Below are positions 1-10,410 of a stretch of 64,000 nucleotides of DNA, one piece after another. This DNA is from Chloroflexia bacterium (GTDB lineage: Bacteria > Chloroflexota > Chloroflexia > QHBQ01 > JADMIH01): positions 3,562 to 67,561 of the forward strand of contig DATEOC010000092.1 in the NCBI GenBank assembly GCA_035274425.1. The letters are read 5' to 3'. A program made the position numbers and the translations under genes. Within the stretch, counting starts at the first letter, position 1; each line of letters starts with the position of its first letter. The notes below the pieces were generated by a model that was not told where the DNA came from, did not search any database, and saw only the letters and a list, made by a program, of their open reading frames with translations.

Positions 1-109
1 CAAGACTTCTCTAGATGCCATCGAATATGTGCATCATACTTGTTCCAGAGCCAGTTATAGCCGCGTCATTCCACTATCAATCGCGATCTTGCCCTCTTCG
101 TGGCTATCT

Positions 110-430
110 ACTTTGCCCTTGATAGCAGGAATGTTGATGCTGTCGCCCAATGGTTGAGTGGGTAGGACTCAAACTTCAGCCAGTGCTGGAGCCAAGGTCG
201 CAAAGTGCGAAACACGGGTGCTGGCATGTCGCACTCCTCACCACCAGGCGACGAACCGCACGATGTTCATAGCTTCATAACTACAGCCGTCAAGATGTGC
301 TGCAGATACGTGTGAGCCAACCCCTATAGCGCGTCTATCTGAGCCCAGGTAGCGCTCATGGATAGTTGAGTCCGATTGGCTCAACCGTTGGGCGACAGCA
401 TCAACATTCCTGCTACCAGGGGCAAAGTAA
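110..430. repeat. Imperfect ~65-bp inverted repeat pair (110-175 vs 365-430) separated by a ~190-bp loop. MITE-like or remnant element ends.
   Basis: Reverse complement of 110-175 (gtttgagtcctacccactcaaccattgggcgacagcatcaacattcctgctatcaagggcaaag) matches 365-430 with a few mismatches. No convincing ORF lies inside. Confidence 0.5.
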
Positions 431-960
431 CCAAGCTTCAAGTTCTTCCAATTGAGCTTGTGAATTCCTTAATTTGACGCCTATGGGGTGGTTATCAAGA
501 ATATCCTGAAGGACCTCTATACCAAGTTGACCCCGCATTTAGCCAGAACCATTTCATAAACTCAGATTACGCGGTATAATAGTTACGGGATTAGGTATTT
601 GCCTCTGAATATTGTCCAAATGATAGCTACGCTGGCACAGCCATTGGAGACGGTTGAGTGAGTTCCCTGTATCCTAACGATCTTGAGAAGCAGGTAACGT
701 AGGCTCAGGTGGTAGGCTGATACGGTTGTGCCTTTGCATAGTGCGTTGCACAGCCTAGATCACGCTGCCCGCTCTCATAATTCATATCTCGTCCCTTCAT
801 TCTTCCGTCCGTCCGTCCTTACCGTCCACTTTCGTACGCATGATGCTCGGAGGACAATCCTGACACTTCCCCTATAGCGACCCCCCATTCCATTGCCACT
901 CTTGGACCTAATACCATCAAATCGTCCAGTGTAAAGTAGGCTTCCCGATATGAAACGGAG

Positions 961-3900
961 ATGGTCATGTCTAATGCTTTGGACAAACTTGTCCATTGGT
1001 TTGACCACCACGATTGGCCCCACCAATGGGATGGTGAGCGCGGCCTTTTGAAGGTAGTGCTCAATCATCCTGATGGTAAATTAGAGCTCGGCGTCAGACC
1101 GATTTATGCAGGCATGATGCTGCTGGACATCGTGGGTCTGGAAACGGTGAGGGCTGAGGATGAGAGGGCACTCCTAGATCTAGCTTGGCGATTGCCTCTG
1201 ATTGGATTGGCTCGGAACCCTGATGATGGGGAACTGTATGCCAGGCTGACGCTACAGAGCAGTGCCGGAGAGGAGGAGGAAGTCATCATCAGCGAAGCCC
1301 TTAAGCTCCAGCTTAGTCAAGCCATAATGGCGCGGGCCGCCCTGCCTCTGATACGCGCGGGGATGACAACAGAGCAGGCGCTAGATCGGGTGATGGACGA
1401 CTTCGATGCAAGCAAAGTTACGGAGACAGACCCCCTGTTGTCGTTGCCTGCCGAGGCCGGGGACCTGCTAGGCGCGATGAGGGGGGAACGGAATCAGTTA
1501 GCCTTTGTCCGAGACAATCTGGAGCGTTTCAGCGACAGTGTACTGAGTGCCTGCAGCGAGTTGATGAGGAGAACACGTGGTCCGAGGGCGTCAGATCTGT
1601 GGAGGTTTTTAGAAATGGTTTGGGCCTTCCGGCGTGTACGAGAATTAGCGTCACTACCAGCCAACATACAGCAGTTGCTGCAAGACCTCAAAGACGTGAA
1701 GATAGGCGATGAGATGGTCCGGGTTATCCGCACGGTCGAGGCCTGCCAAGAGTTGCTAAAATACCTCGGGCGCACCAACACGTCCGCTCTGCTGTGCGCC
1801 ACGCTAATCATACAGGGCAACGCCCACCAAGTCATATACGACTATGCCAACAATCCTGACGAGGCGGATAGAGCAGAGGCAGCTTATCAGGAGGCACTGG
1901 AGGTGCATACTGCACCGGAAGCTGACCCCTCAGATTGGTCGAAAATTCAAAGCAATTTGGGCCTATTGTTCAGCACACGGTACGCACGCACAGGTGAGGA
2001 CCGGTACGCCCAGGAGGCAGAACGAGCCTTTCGGTGGGCGCTAGAGGTCTGTACTCAGCAAGCTGACCCTTACGGTTGGGCGCGAACGCAGAACAACCTG
2101 GGTAGTCTCTTCAGCAGAAGGTACGATCGTACAGGCGAGGAGCGCTACGCCCAAGAGGCAGAACGGGCGTATCAGGAAACATTGCAGGTGCATACGCGAG
2201 AAGCTGCCCCCTCAGCTTGGGCTGGAACTCAGAGTAATTTGGGTACTCTTCTAACCACAAGGTATGAGCAAACAGAAGAGGATAGGTATGCTGAGGAGGC
2301 AGAGCGGGCATTTCGGATGGCGATTGAGGTACTAACCTGGGAAGCAACGCCTTACGCTTGGGCACAAATACAAAGCAGTCTAGGTAACTTGTTCTCCAGA
2401 CGATACACACAGAGCCACGAAGAGCGCTATGCCAAGAAAGCGTACAGGGCTTATCGTGCAGCATTGGGAGTGCGCACTCAGGAAGTTGCTCCCTCAGATT
2501 GGGCAGGCACTCAGGGCAATCTGGGTAATCTGCTAACCACAAAGTATGAGAGGACAGGCGAGGAGTTCTATGCTCAAGAGGCGGAGGAGGCCTACCGTGC
2601 GGCGCTCAGCGTAATGAATCCTCTAGTTGAGCCTGCCTTTTCACTGCCCCCGCAGCGCAATCTGGCACGTCAGTTAGCCCAGAGGGGGCAGTGGGTACAG
2701 GCGGACGCTGCCTATGCAGATGCTGTCCATACTGCGGAGCTTCAGTACCTTGCTGCGCCAAGTGATGCCGAGCGTAGGCGCCTGATGACAGAGCATGTCA
2801 CGCTGTACCAGGAGCACGCTTATTGCCTGTTGCGCATGGGCGCACCTGCACGCGCACTTGCCCGCCTAGACGAAGGTCGCGCCCGAGGGTTGGGCGAGAC
2901 ATTAGGACTGGAGGGGGAGGCGCGTTCAGCACACGGTGAAGAGAGAGTGGCACGGTTGCGAGCCCTGCGTGGAGTGTTACGTTACGTTGAGGGGAAGTTG
3001 GACGTTGCTGAAGGTCTGTTGCGAGCATCAACCCCCGGCCCTGCCCTCAACAATGCGGCAGACGAACGAGATAGAGCCGCAGCGCAGGTTCGATCAGCAT
3101 ACGATGAGTTACGAGCAGAGGTGCGAGCACTTGGCCTTGATCCACCTGTGCTCACCGTGGATGATCTGGCAGAACTGCCGCTGCCGTCCTATGTGGCCGT
3201 CGTTGCTCTGCTCCCGAGTTCTGTTTCTCATGCTCTTCTGCTTCATGAGGGCATCGTCCTCGCTGTAGAGTTGCCAGACTTCAGAAAGGTGGATATCCAA
3301 GCGCTGGTATATGCTTTATCACCCCAGGTGGAAGTGTGGGCTGATGACTACAGTGCCTATACAGCCCAAAAGGCATTAGCATATGCGCTACACGAAAACA
3401 GGGAAAGCGCGAGGACTAGCGCAGGACCTGGAGCCACTGTCGAAGCAGAACTGCACGAGGCCGTCGGCAACTGGTTTAGAACGCTGGATGAGGTGGCGGC
3501 CACACAGGGCAACTATGAAGCAGGATGGTATTATGGCTACCAGCTGGCCTTTGAAGCGGTACGAGGTGAGGGGCATCTGAGTGCAGAGCGTGCGGCCCTG
3601 AAGGCCTGGAAGGGGCTTGTGGAGAGAACTGTGAAGGTGATCAGGGAGGGATTTTGGTCACCGATAAGGGCTGTGCTGTCAGATGAGGTAAGGGAGGTAT
3701 TGCTATTGGTAGGTGGTGAGGCGGCACTGCTACCCTTGCACGCAGCCACAGATATGACAGTAGGATATGCGCCATCATTAGGTGTGTGGCTGCGATGCCG
3801 GGAGGCTGCGATAGAACGCGAAGCCAACTCATTGCTGATAGCTACCCCAAGCCCACCAGACGACCTGGCGTTCACATCTGCCGAAGCAGAATGGCTCGTC

Positions 3901-4608
3901 CAACTTTTCGCCAAGATAGGCGGTCCAGAGTCTATAATGGAACCTTTGCATCTCGACCAGAAGGAGGCGACCGTAGAGAGGGTGCTGCGTGATTCCGCGG
4001 GTCGAGGCGTGGTACACTTTTCGGGCCATGCTGGGTACAACTGGAACCAGCCACTGCTTTCAGGTCTACTATGCCATGATGGAGTACTGACCCTGGCCCG
4101 AGCACGACAAGAGATGGATCTACAGACGACACGCCTCGTGGGGTTGAGTGCTTGTTCTACTGGGGTGAGTGACGTATTCCAATCGGGTGATGAGTGGGTG
4201 GGGCTGCCAGCTGGGCTGTTGGAGGCTGGAGCGTCAGCGGTGGTGGCGAGCCTGTGGCCGGTCAATGATTTGAGCACGGCCTTCCTGATGGACCGCTTCT
4301 ATTCACTGTGGCTGGAGCCGGAGGCGAGGCGAACTATATCAGGAGCACTGCGCGAAGCAGCTCAGTGGCTGCGTAGAGCGAGTTGGGCTGACCTGGGGGA
4401 GCGGGTTGCGGCTAGTGAACTGTCGGACGAACTGCGCTCTCTGCTTGACAGTTTATTGGCAGAGATGCAGACGGCGAGCTCGCTAAAAATGCCCCATTCA
4501 GCGGGGAGCGATTTCATCATCGAGATGGCGAGAGCTAACCCTGATGAGAAGCCGTTTGCATCCCCTTACTACTGGGGGACGTTTGCTGCGTATGGTGCTG
4601 TGTTCTAG
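961..4608 (+). CDS. Fusion protein with an N-terminal YbjN-like domain, a helical linker, about 9 TPR-like repeats and a C-terminal CHAT (caspase-like) protease domain.
   Basis: 1215-aa ORF. The RBS GGAG precedes ATG 961/967. The repeated block 'W(A)xTQxNLGxLxxxRYxxTGEExYAxEAExAYR' is TPR-like. The C-terminus has the CHAT His/Cys dyad context 'VVHFSGHAGY...LVGLSACSTG'. The N-terminal 130 aa are homologous to the N-terminus of the 8289-9671 protein. Confidence 0.8.
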   Translation: MVMSNALDKLVHWFDHHDWPHQWDGERGLLKVVLNHPDGKLELGVRPIYAGMMLLDIVGLETVRAEDERALLDLAWRLPLIGLARNPDDGELYARLTLQSSAGEEEEVIISEALKLQLSQAIMARAALPLIRAGMTTEQALDRVMDDFDASKVTETDPLLSLPAEAGDLLGAMRGERNQLAFVRDNLERFSDSVLSACSELMRRTRGPRASDLWRFLEMVWAFRRVRELASLPANIQQLLQDLKDVKIGDEMVRVIRTVEACQELLKYLGRTNTSALLCATLIIQGNAHQVIYDYANNPDEADRAEAAYQEALEVHTAPEADPSDWSKIQSNLGLLFSTRYARTGEDRYAQEAERAFRWALEVCTQQADPYGWARTQNNLGSLFSRRYDRTGEERYAQEAERAYQETLQVHTREAAPSAWAGTQSNLGTLLTTRYEQTEEDRYAEEAERAFRMAIEVLTWEATPYAWAQIQSSLGNLFSRRYTQSHEERYAKKAYRAYRAALGVRTQEVAPSDWAGTQGNLGNLLTTKYERTGEEFYAQEAEEAYRAALSVMNPLVEPAFSLPPQRNLARQLAQRGQWVQADAAYADAVHTAELQYLAAPSDAERRRLMTEHVTLYQEHAYCLLRMGAPARALARLDEGRARGLGETLGLEGEARSAHGEERVARLRALRGVLRYVEGKLDVAEGLLRASTPGPALNNAADERDRAAAQVRSAYDELRAEVRALGLDPPVLTVDDLAELPLPSYVAVVALLPSSVSHALLLHEGIVLAVELPDFRKVDIQALVYALSPQVEVWADDYSAYTAQKALAYALHENRESARTSAGPGATVEAELHEAVGNWFRTLDEVAATQGNYEAGWYYGYQLAFEAVRGEGHLSAERAALKAWKGLVERTVKVIREGFWSPIRAVLSDEVREVLLLVGGEAALLPLHAATDMTVGYAPSLGVWLRCREAAIEREANSLLIATPSPPDDLAFTSAEAEWLVQLFAKIGGPESIMEPLHLDQKEATVERVLRDSAGRGVVHFSGHAGYNWNQPLLSGLLCHDGVLTLARARQEMDLQTTRLVGLSACSTGVSDVFQSGDEWVGLPAGLLEAGASAVVASLWPVNDLSTAFLMDRFYSLWLEPEARRTISGALREAAQWLRRASWADLGERVAASELSDELRSLLDSLLAEMQTASSLKMPHSAGSDFIIEMARANPDEKPFASPYYWGTFAAYGAVF

Positions 4609-4632
4609 TTCAAATCCTAGAGGGGATGCTGG

Positions 4633-5205
4633 ATGAATCGTGAACTGCGAGTAGATGATCTGGTCGCAAATTTGCTTGCTTTAGCTGAGGTAGCGCAGAG
4701 CCTACCAGCGGAGAGGCTTACTCTCTTGATGGGTTATGCGCCTGAGGCGGCCGCGTTAGTTGCGGACATTGATGGTATGTTCGCGAAGTTGGGCAACTTC
4801 GCGCCTGGTGAAGCTCCGCAGTTGCCGGAGGAGATTTGGGACCAGTTGAGGGAGATGTGCGAAAACAAGTTGAAATTGCTTACAGGACGTATTGCCGTGG
4901 CGCTCTATAATGTACCTGGGTTTCGCTCAGCCGTACGCACCTGGGCGCTACTACAGCCGGAGAAAGTAAGCCTAAGCGACGAAAGCCTTGCCCAACGGCA
5001 AGCGGAAGCGGAACCGGTTCCTGCCGGGGGGGCAGGAGGGTTGGGTAGTCTGGACGAGACAGTGCTAGGCCGGATGCGCCGTCTTACTGCGCTAACGCAA
5101 GCGGCGCTGGAGCGGCCAAAGGAGTTTGCGGTGTGGACCGACCAATTGCGTTGGCTAGCTGGCTGGCTGAAGAGTGCATGGCCTCGGCTGAGCAGCCAAC
5201 CGTGA
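4633..5205 (+). CDS. Hypothetical protein (190 aa) immediately downstream of the CHAT fusion gene.
   Basis: The ORF starts 25 bp after the upstream stop, with a GAGGGG RBS. It is Ala/Leu-rich with genome-typical codon usage. No recognisable domain. Confidence 0.5.
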   Translation: MNRELRVDDLVANLLALAEVAQSLPAERLTLLMGYAPEAAALVADIDGMFAKLGNFAPGEAPQLPEEIWDQLREMCENKLKLLTGRIAVALYNVPGFRSAVRTWALLQPEKVSLSDESLAQRQAEAEPVPAGGAGGLGSLDETVLGRMRRLTALTQAALERPKEFAVWTDQLRWLAGWLKSAWPRLSSQP

Positions 5206-5565
5206 GTACATTCGAGGGGTTAGGACTGCACCAGATCTTCATCTTAGCTATAGGTATGGCATCGCACCTTCCGAACTTGGATATCACTATGGCAACGAAT
5301 CATATAGCCCACCTGTTGACCCCAACTGACTCTGAACAAATGAGGAAGTGCTTGGCCATGGACCATGCTAGCGACTGGCAGAGGGACCTTCACTTCACAA
5401 TGCACTGGTGCGCAAGTCGCGCCTCTACAATGTAGTGGGTAACGAGCCGTTGCAAGTGGTATTACGAGCTACCAGGTATGGAGAGAGCGAAGCCAACACC
5501 AGGGGGCAAAGTATCCTAATAGAGAGAAACTCAGATCTGACTGAAATCCCCCTAGGTGGATGATC

Positions 5566-8286
5566 CTAGTAGCCGATAGGGCCTAAAGTACGGTTCTGCT
5601 CGAATATGGCACCATAGGAGGCGAAGGCAGCCCAGTAGTATGGCTCGGCGAATGGCCGTTCATCCGGCTCCGCCTCCGCCATCCGGATGATAAAGTCTCC
5701 GCCTACAACGTTGGGCATCTTCACGGCCCCTACCGCTTGCATTTTACCCAACAACTCACTCAGCAATACGTGCTGCTCCATTGACAATCCGCCACCTGTC
5801 ATGCGCGCTCCTAGCTCTGCCCATGTCGCCTGCCGCAGCCATTCTGCCGCATCATGCAACGCTTCAGCGATCGTCCGCTCTGTCCCTGGTTCTAACCACA
5901 GTGCGTAGAATCGGTCCATCAGGAATGCGGTGCTTAGATCGTTGACTGGCCAAAGACTAGCTACAACAGCGGGTGCACCCATCTCTAATAGCCCCGCTGG
6001 CAATCCTAGCCATTCCTCTCCTGAGTGAAACACGTCACTTATGCCGGTCGAACAAGCACTGAGCGTCACCAACCGCGCTGTACTCAGGTCCAACTCCTGG
6101 CGGATCTGTGATAGCGTCAGTACATTATCATGACATAGCAACCCTGAACGCAGTGGATCGTCCCAGTTATAAAAAGCATGGCCGGAGAAATGGACCACTC
6201 CCCGTCCGATTGCACCACGCAGTACCCCGTCTATTGTAGCCTCCTTCTGATCAAGACGGAGAGGGGCTGGGTAGCCAGGTGCACTGAAATGCCCGGTGAG
6301 CCATTCAGGGGCAGAGGTAGACACCAGATCATGTGGCGAGGCTGGCGTAGCCAGGATGAGAGAGTTGGCAAAACGCTTAGGAACCAACTCCTGACAGCGC
6401 CGCCAAACCGCTAGTGAGGGCGTATAGGCAACTGCTAGGTGCGGTGGGGCCGCTGCATGTATAGGGAGTAGGGCGGCAGCTCCACTGGGCAGCAGTAACA
6501 CCCTAGCCACGGTAGCTGGCATTGCCGCAGCCAATGGTTCCCACAACCACGCTTGCAAGGCGGCTAACGTGCGATTCACAGTCGCCTTCCAAGCATCAAA
6601 GGCGGCACGTTCGGCAGCAGGGTGCTGCTCGCCGCTTGTCAACACAAACGCGAACTGATAGGCGAAGTACCAACCTAGCTGATAGGTTCCTTGTGTGGAT
6701 GCGATAGCTTCTAATGTGGCTCTCCAGGTCCGTTCCGCCAGTAGCGCCTCAGCCTCTACGACTGATGAGTCGCCCCCCGCCTCCCGCGCAGTTCGCAATG
6801 TAAGCCATTTTGCCCTTCGGGCGTTGTAGGCCTGAAGCCACACTTCAATTGATGCGGGCAGATCACCTATCAAGCGCGCAACCGCATCCATGTTAAAATT
6901 GGGGAGTGGCACTACACGAACGGCATTTTCGTACAAGACTAGAGCGTAGGTATCTGGACCGATCAGAAGGGCAACGGCTGCTGTACCAAGCGGCAGCATC
7001 TGTACCAAGTCAGTGTTATTAAGGATGGGTGGCTCCAGTCCAAGCGACTGCACCTCTTCACGTAAAGCATTGTAGGCGGCACGCACCTGGGATGCCGCCT
7101 GTTCACGAGTGGATAATTCGACCTCGATGCTGCTGGGAACTCCCACACGCAGTCGGGCCTCAGCCCTGTCTAAATCTCCCTCAGCAATGTGTAGTGCTCG
7201 ACGCCGGCTCCGCAATCGCTCTACGCCATCGGCGCCATAGGCCAATCGAGCCGTCTCGTCTAGCCCCAGCGCTTCGCCTAAGATGCGGGCGCGGCCTTCA
7301 TCCAAACGGGCAAGTGCACTTACTGAGTCGCCTAAGCGCAACAGAGAATAAGCGTGAGCATTGTATAGAGCAACATGGTCAGCCATGAGACGGCGACGCT
7401 CGGCATCGCTGGCCGCCACCAAGTACTGACGTTCCAATGTCCCGATGGCTTCGGCGAAGGCCGTGCTTGCCTCGACCCAACGTTCGCGGCGGGCTAACAG
7501 GAGGGCCAAGTTACGCTGCGGCGGTAAGATATCAACCGGAATGGAAGCTAAGTCTACGATCTCTAGCGCAGCACGGAAGGCTGCTTCCGCCTCGTCTGCC
7601 CAGCGTTCCTCTCCCGTCCGTTCATAGCGCGTGATAAATAGGCTGCCTAGATTGTGCTGTGTCGTTGCCCACTCTACGGGTGCTGCTTTTCGTGTACGCA
7701 ATTCCAACGCAGCACGGAAGGCTGCCTCTGCTGCCTCTGCCCAGCGCTCCTCTCCTGTCCTCTCATAACGTTTTGCCAGCAGGCTGCCCAGGTTGGTCTG
7801 TACCTGTGCCCATTCTGCCTGAGCTGCTTCCTGTGTTTGTTCTTCCAGCACCTCCCGGTAAGCTGCTCCTGCCACCTCAGCCCAATACGACTCCCCAGTT
7901 CGCTCATAACGTATTGCATATAGGTTACCCAGGCTGTGCTTTATCACTGCCCACTCCGACGGGGTTATCGCCCGGGTAAGTACTTCCAACGCCGCTCGAT
8001 ATGCTTTGTCCGCTTCTTCTGCCCACAATTCCTCACCTGTTTGCTGATAGCGCCTCGTGAGCAGGCTACCGAGGTTGAGCTGCGTTGCTGCCCACTCTCT
8101 CGGAGCCTCTTTCACTGTCACAACTTCCATCATTGACCGGTAAGCTTCGTCGGCCTTATCAGCCTCCGACGGATCACTGGTGGCACGGTATAATGCCATG
8201 TGCGCGTCGCCCAATGTACCCTGCACTGCTGCCCAGGGCCATGGGGCTTGAGTACAGTCCACCAGCGCCAGGAAAGCCCGACCCAA
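5566..8286 (-). CDS. TPR-repeat CHAT-domain protease, a paralog of the C-terminal two-thirds of the 961-4608 protein.
   Basis: 906-aa ORF with the same TPR-like repeat family. Its CHAT block 'VVHFSGHAFY...LVTLSACSTGISDVFHSGEEWLGLPAGLLEMGAPAVVASLWPVNDLSTAFLMDRFY' is nearly identical to the gene at 961-4608. The ATG at 8286 overlaps the upstream stop (ATGA coupling). Confidence 0.8.
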   Translation of the reverse strand: MGRAFLALVDCTQAPWPWAAVQGTLGDAHMALYRATSDPSEADKADEAYRSMMEVVTVKEAPREWAATQLNLGSLLTRRYQQTGEELWAEEADKAYRAALEVLTRAITPSEWAVIKHSLGNLYAIRYERTGESYWAEVAGAAYREVLEEQTQEAAQAEWAQVQTNLGSLLAKRYERTGEERWAEAAEAAFRAALELRTRKAAPVEWATTQHNLGSLFITRYERTGEERWADEAEAAFRAALEIVDLASIPVDILPPQRNLALLLARRERWVEASTAFAEAIGTLERQYLVAASDAERRRLMADHVALYNAHAYSLLRLGDSVSALARLDEGRARILGEALGLDETARLAYGADGVERLRSRRRALHIAEGDLDRAEARLRVGVPSSIEVELSTREQAASQVRAAYNALREEVQSLGLEPPILNNTDLVQMLPLGTAAVALLIGPDTYALVLYENAVRVVPLPNFNMDAVARLIGDLPASIEVWLQAYNARRAKWLTLRTAREAGGDSSVVEAEALLAERTWRATLEAIASTQGTYQLGWYFAYQFAFVLTSGEQHPAAERAAFDAWKATVNRTLAALQAWLWEPLAAAMPATVARVLLLPSGAAALLPIHAAAPPHLAVAYTPSLAVWRRCQELVPKRFANSLILATPASPHDLVSTSAPEWLTGHFSAPGYPAPLRLDQKEATIDGVLRGAIGRGVVHFSGHAFYNWDDPLRSGLLCHDNVLTLSQIRQELDLSTARLVTLSACSTGISDVFHSGEEWLGLPAGLLEMGAPAVVASLWPVNDLSTAFLMDRFYALWLEPGTERTIAEALHDAAEWLRQATWAELGARMTGGGLSMEQHVLLSELLGKMQAVGAVKMPNVVGGDFIIRMAEAEPDERPFAEPYYWAAFASYGAIFEQNRTLGPIGY

Positions 8287-8288
8287 TT

Positions 8289-9671
8289 CTACCTGCTGCC
8301 GGCTATGACCAGGTCTTCTTGATTTGCGAGCGCGAGTAGTTTGATGAATATTGATCGCGCCTCATGAGGTAGAGCAGCCAAATTTGGATTGTCTTCTACC
8401 TCTGGGTGATCAGGCGCAAAATTATTCTGCTGCCAACTGTTCAGGCGCTCCTGATGTTCTAGGTAAGCACGCGCACGGCTTTCATCGCCGCGAGAGGCAG
8501 CCCGGGTGGCCAGATCAGCGAGTGCAGCCAGGGCTGTTGGGCTGTGAAGTTGGGTATCGGCCTGTGCGGCTCGACGGGTGTCCTCCCAATGATCCAATGT
8601 CATAAGGGTGAGTAGGGCAACGTGTAGCGGGCGAGCCATCTGCTCACTCTCAATCCACCTTCGCAATTCCTCCAGGTGTGCCGCTATTCCTAATTCGCCT
8701 CTGGCTACAGCAGTCCGATGTAAGCTAGCTACCCGGTCCCGGAATTTGTGGGCCAGGACTTCGGGCCATGTATCTATCAGCACAGCTAAAGCCTCTGGCG
8801 TTGGTACTTCAAGAAGTTGATAGAGCAACTCCATCTCACGTCGGGTGGTGGAATTGAGGGCCAAGCGTGCGGCTTGAATCATGCCGATCAGAAGCTGAAG
8901 TCCATCGGCGATGCTGTTTTGCCCCTGCTGCTGAGCACGTTCGGCGGAGGAGACTAGAATCGTGAGGATCTCATCGTCAAACTCATCAAGATGCTCACGG
9001 ACAAACGCTTCCCGATCAGATGCACCCGCGAGTCCAGTCAGCAGATGCTGAGTGCGCTCGAACAAGGGACGATCAAGTGATTGCTCCTCCTGAAGTAGAT
9101 TGCCTGCCGCTTGTGTGACCGTGACGTCGGGAGTTACGGGCGACGATGTGCCCAGCAACTGGTCATCTCCAAATGACAGGAGCGGCTTTCGCTGATCGGA
9201 ACCGAGCGCCCGTGCATGATCTGTCAGCGCCTGATCAAGCGCGACCTCTACCGTTAGGCCCTGACGGGTCAAGCGGAGAGCAGTACGCGCTAGATCGGCA
9301 TAAGACAGCAGGACACGCAGAGCTTGGGTCATAATCTCATCATTGACTTTCCCACTGCTAACGGGCACCAGGAGACGAGCACATAGTTCGCCGTCAATAG
9401 GGTCGTACGCCAAATTGACCTGCGGCAAATGCCAAGCTAGAATTGCTAATACCTCCTCCTCGCCGCCCAGTATTGTTTCAATATGTAGAACCTGCACTAG
9501 CACGGCGGTCTCGCCCTCCGCCTGCACAGCAACGTCTAGGTCTCCGCCAGGCGTGCTAATACCAGCAAGCAGCAGAACGTCACTTTCATCGTCGCGCTGA
9601 TAATCTAGGTCATGTAGATCAAGATACCGCACTAACTGATCCATGATACGAGACATGCCAGCCTCCCTCAT
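8289..9671 (-). CDS. YbjN-like N-terminal domain plus helical domain protein, translationally coupled to the TPR-CHAT gene at 5566-8286. Likely true start at 9656 (MSRIMDQ...).
   Basis: The N-terminus 'MDQLVRYLDLHDLDYQ...LAILAWHLPQVNLAYDPIDGELCARLL' aligns with residues 1-100 of the 961-4608 protein. A GGGAGG RBS lies 5 nt before the second ATG. The stop overlaps the downstream start by 4 bp. Confidence 0.7.
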   Translation of the reverse strand: MREAGMSRIMDQLVRYLDLHDLDYQRDDESDVLLLAGISTPGGDLDVAVQAEGETAVLVQVLHIETILGGEEEVLAILAWHLPQVNLAYDPIDGELCARLLVPVSSGKVNDEIMTQALRVLLSYADLARTALRLTRQGLTVEVALDQALTDHARALGSDQRKPLLSFGDDQLLGTSSPVTPDVTVTQAAGNLLQEEQSLDRPLFERTQHLLTGLAGASDREAFVREHLDEFDDEILTILVSSAERAQQQGQNSIADGLQLLIGMIQAARLALNSTTRREMELLYQLLEVPTPEALAVLIDTWPEVLAHKFRDRVASLHRTAVARGELGIAAHLEELRRWIESEQMARPLHVALLTLMTLDHWEDTRRAAQADTQLHSPTALAALADLATRAASRGDESRARAYLEHQERLNSWQQNNFAPDHPEVEDNPNLAALPHEARSIFIKLLALANQEDLVIAGSR

Positions 9672-10410
9672 TTACAGCATGATAAGGGTATGATAACGAC
9701 AAAGAACTGATTCACAAAATGCGTTCAATTGCGAAGTGTCAGGATTCAAAGCACGCGATCTCCACTCTGAGAAAGCATCAGAACGCGGAGACCACAATCT
9801 CTTGCGTAACGCTTAACATGTCTCAATTAAGCGGCGCCTATAGCTATCGCGCACTTTTACGTTCCCAACAACCAGTATTCGAGAAAACCAAATTGATGTC
9901 GAAACATCACACGTTTTTCCGAGCTTGTTTTCATGGTGAAGCTCTAATACTGCGCTCGAAGTATTAAACCGCATACAGCTAGTGTGAGGTCTATGACATC
10001 GTGAAACCTAATACCTATGGGAATCCACCATGGGTCAACCAGTATTGCAGGAAATTGCCTTAGATCATCTTTCTTATCTCTGGAAAGGTGCGACTACTTT
10101 CTTGCCTGTACGTTGGAGATGTACTGAGTGCGTGGAAAGCAAGCATACATTGCAAGATCAGTAGCGCCCAATGAAGCTGATAACGCGACACAACAGATCC
10201 TCCTTGGAGAAGGCACATTGGCGCTGAAACCTCGCAGGATACCGCTTTAGATCGAGATATAACCATCCCAACCAGTGATGTATACTTGATTACTCGTACA
10301 GCAATTGATAGTATACTTCTGAATTCCTGGAAGAACAAGGCTGAAAAGTTAAATCACGGAACGAGATGCCAGGCAACAATACCTAAAGCTCACGATTGCA
10401 GGAATCGGAA

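Noticed and set aside
238-441. 67-aa minus-strand ORF.
   Set aside because: It lies entirely within the inverted-repeat structure and has no RBS or recognisable features. It is likely non-coding.
3537-4277. 246-aa antisense ORF inside the CHAT gene. Similar antisense ORFs include 15743-16207, 17030-17377 and 60517-61113.
   Set aside because: High-GC genomes produce long spurious antisense ORFs. These are Ser/Arg/Pro-rich with no domain, and they overlap strongly supported genes.
9719-10338. Short ORFs 9719-9967 and 10060-10338 in an AT-richer intergenic region.
   Set aside because: Atypical composition and no motifs. This is more likely a non-coding or regulatory region between divergent transcription units.
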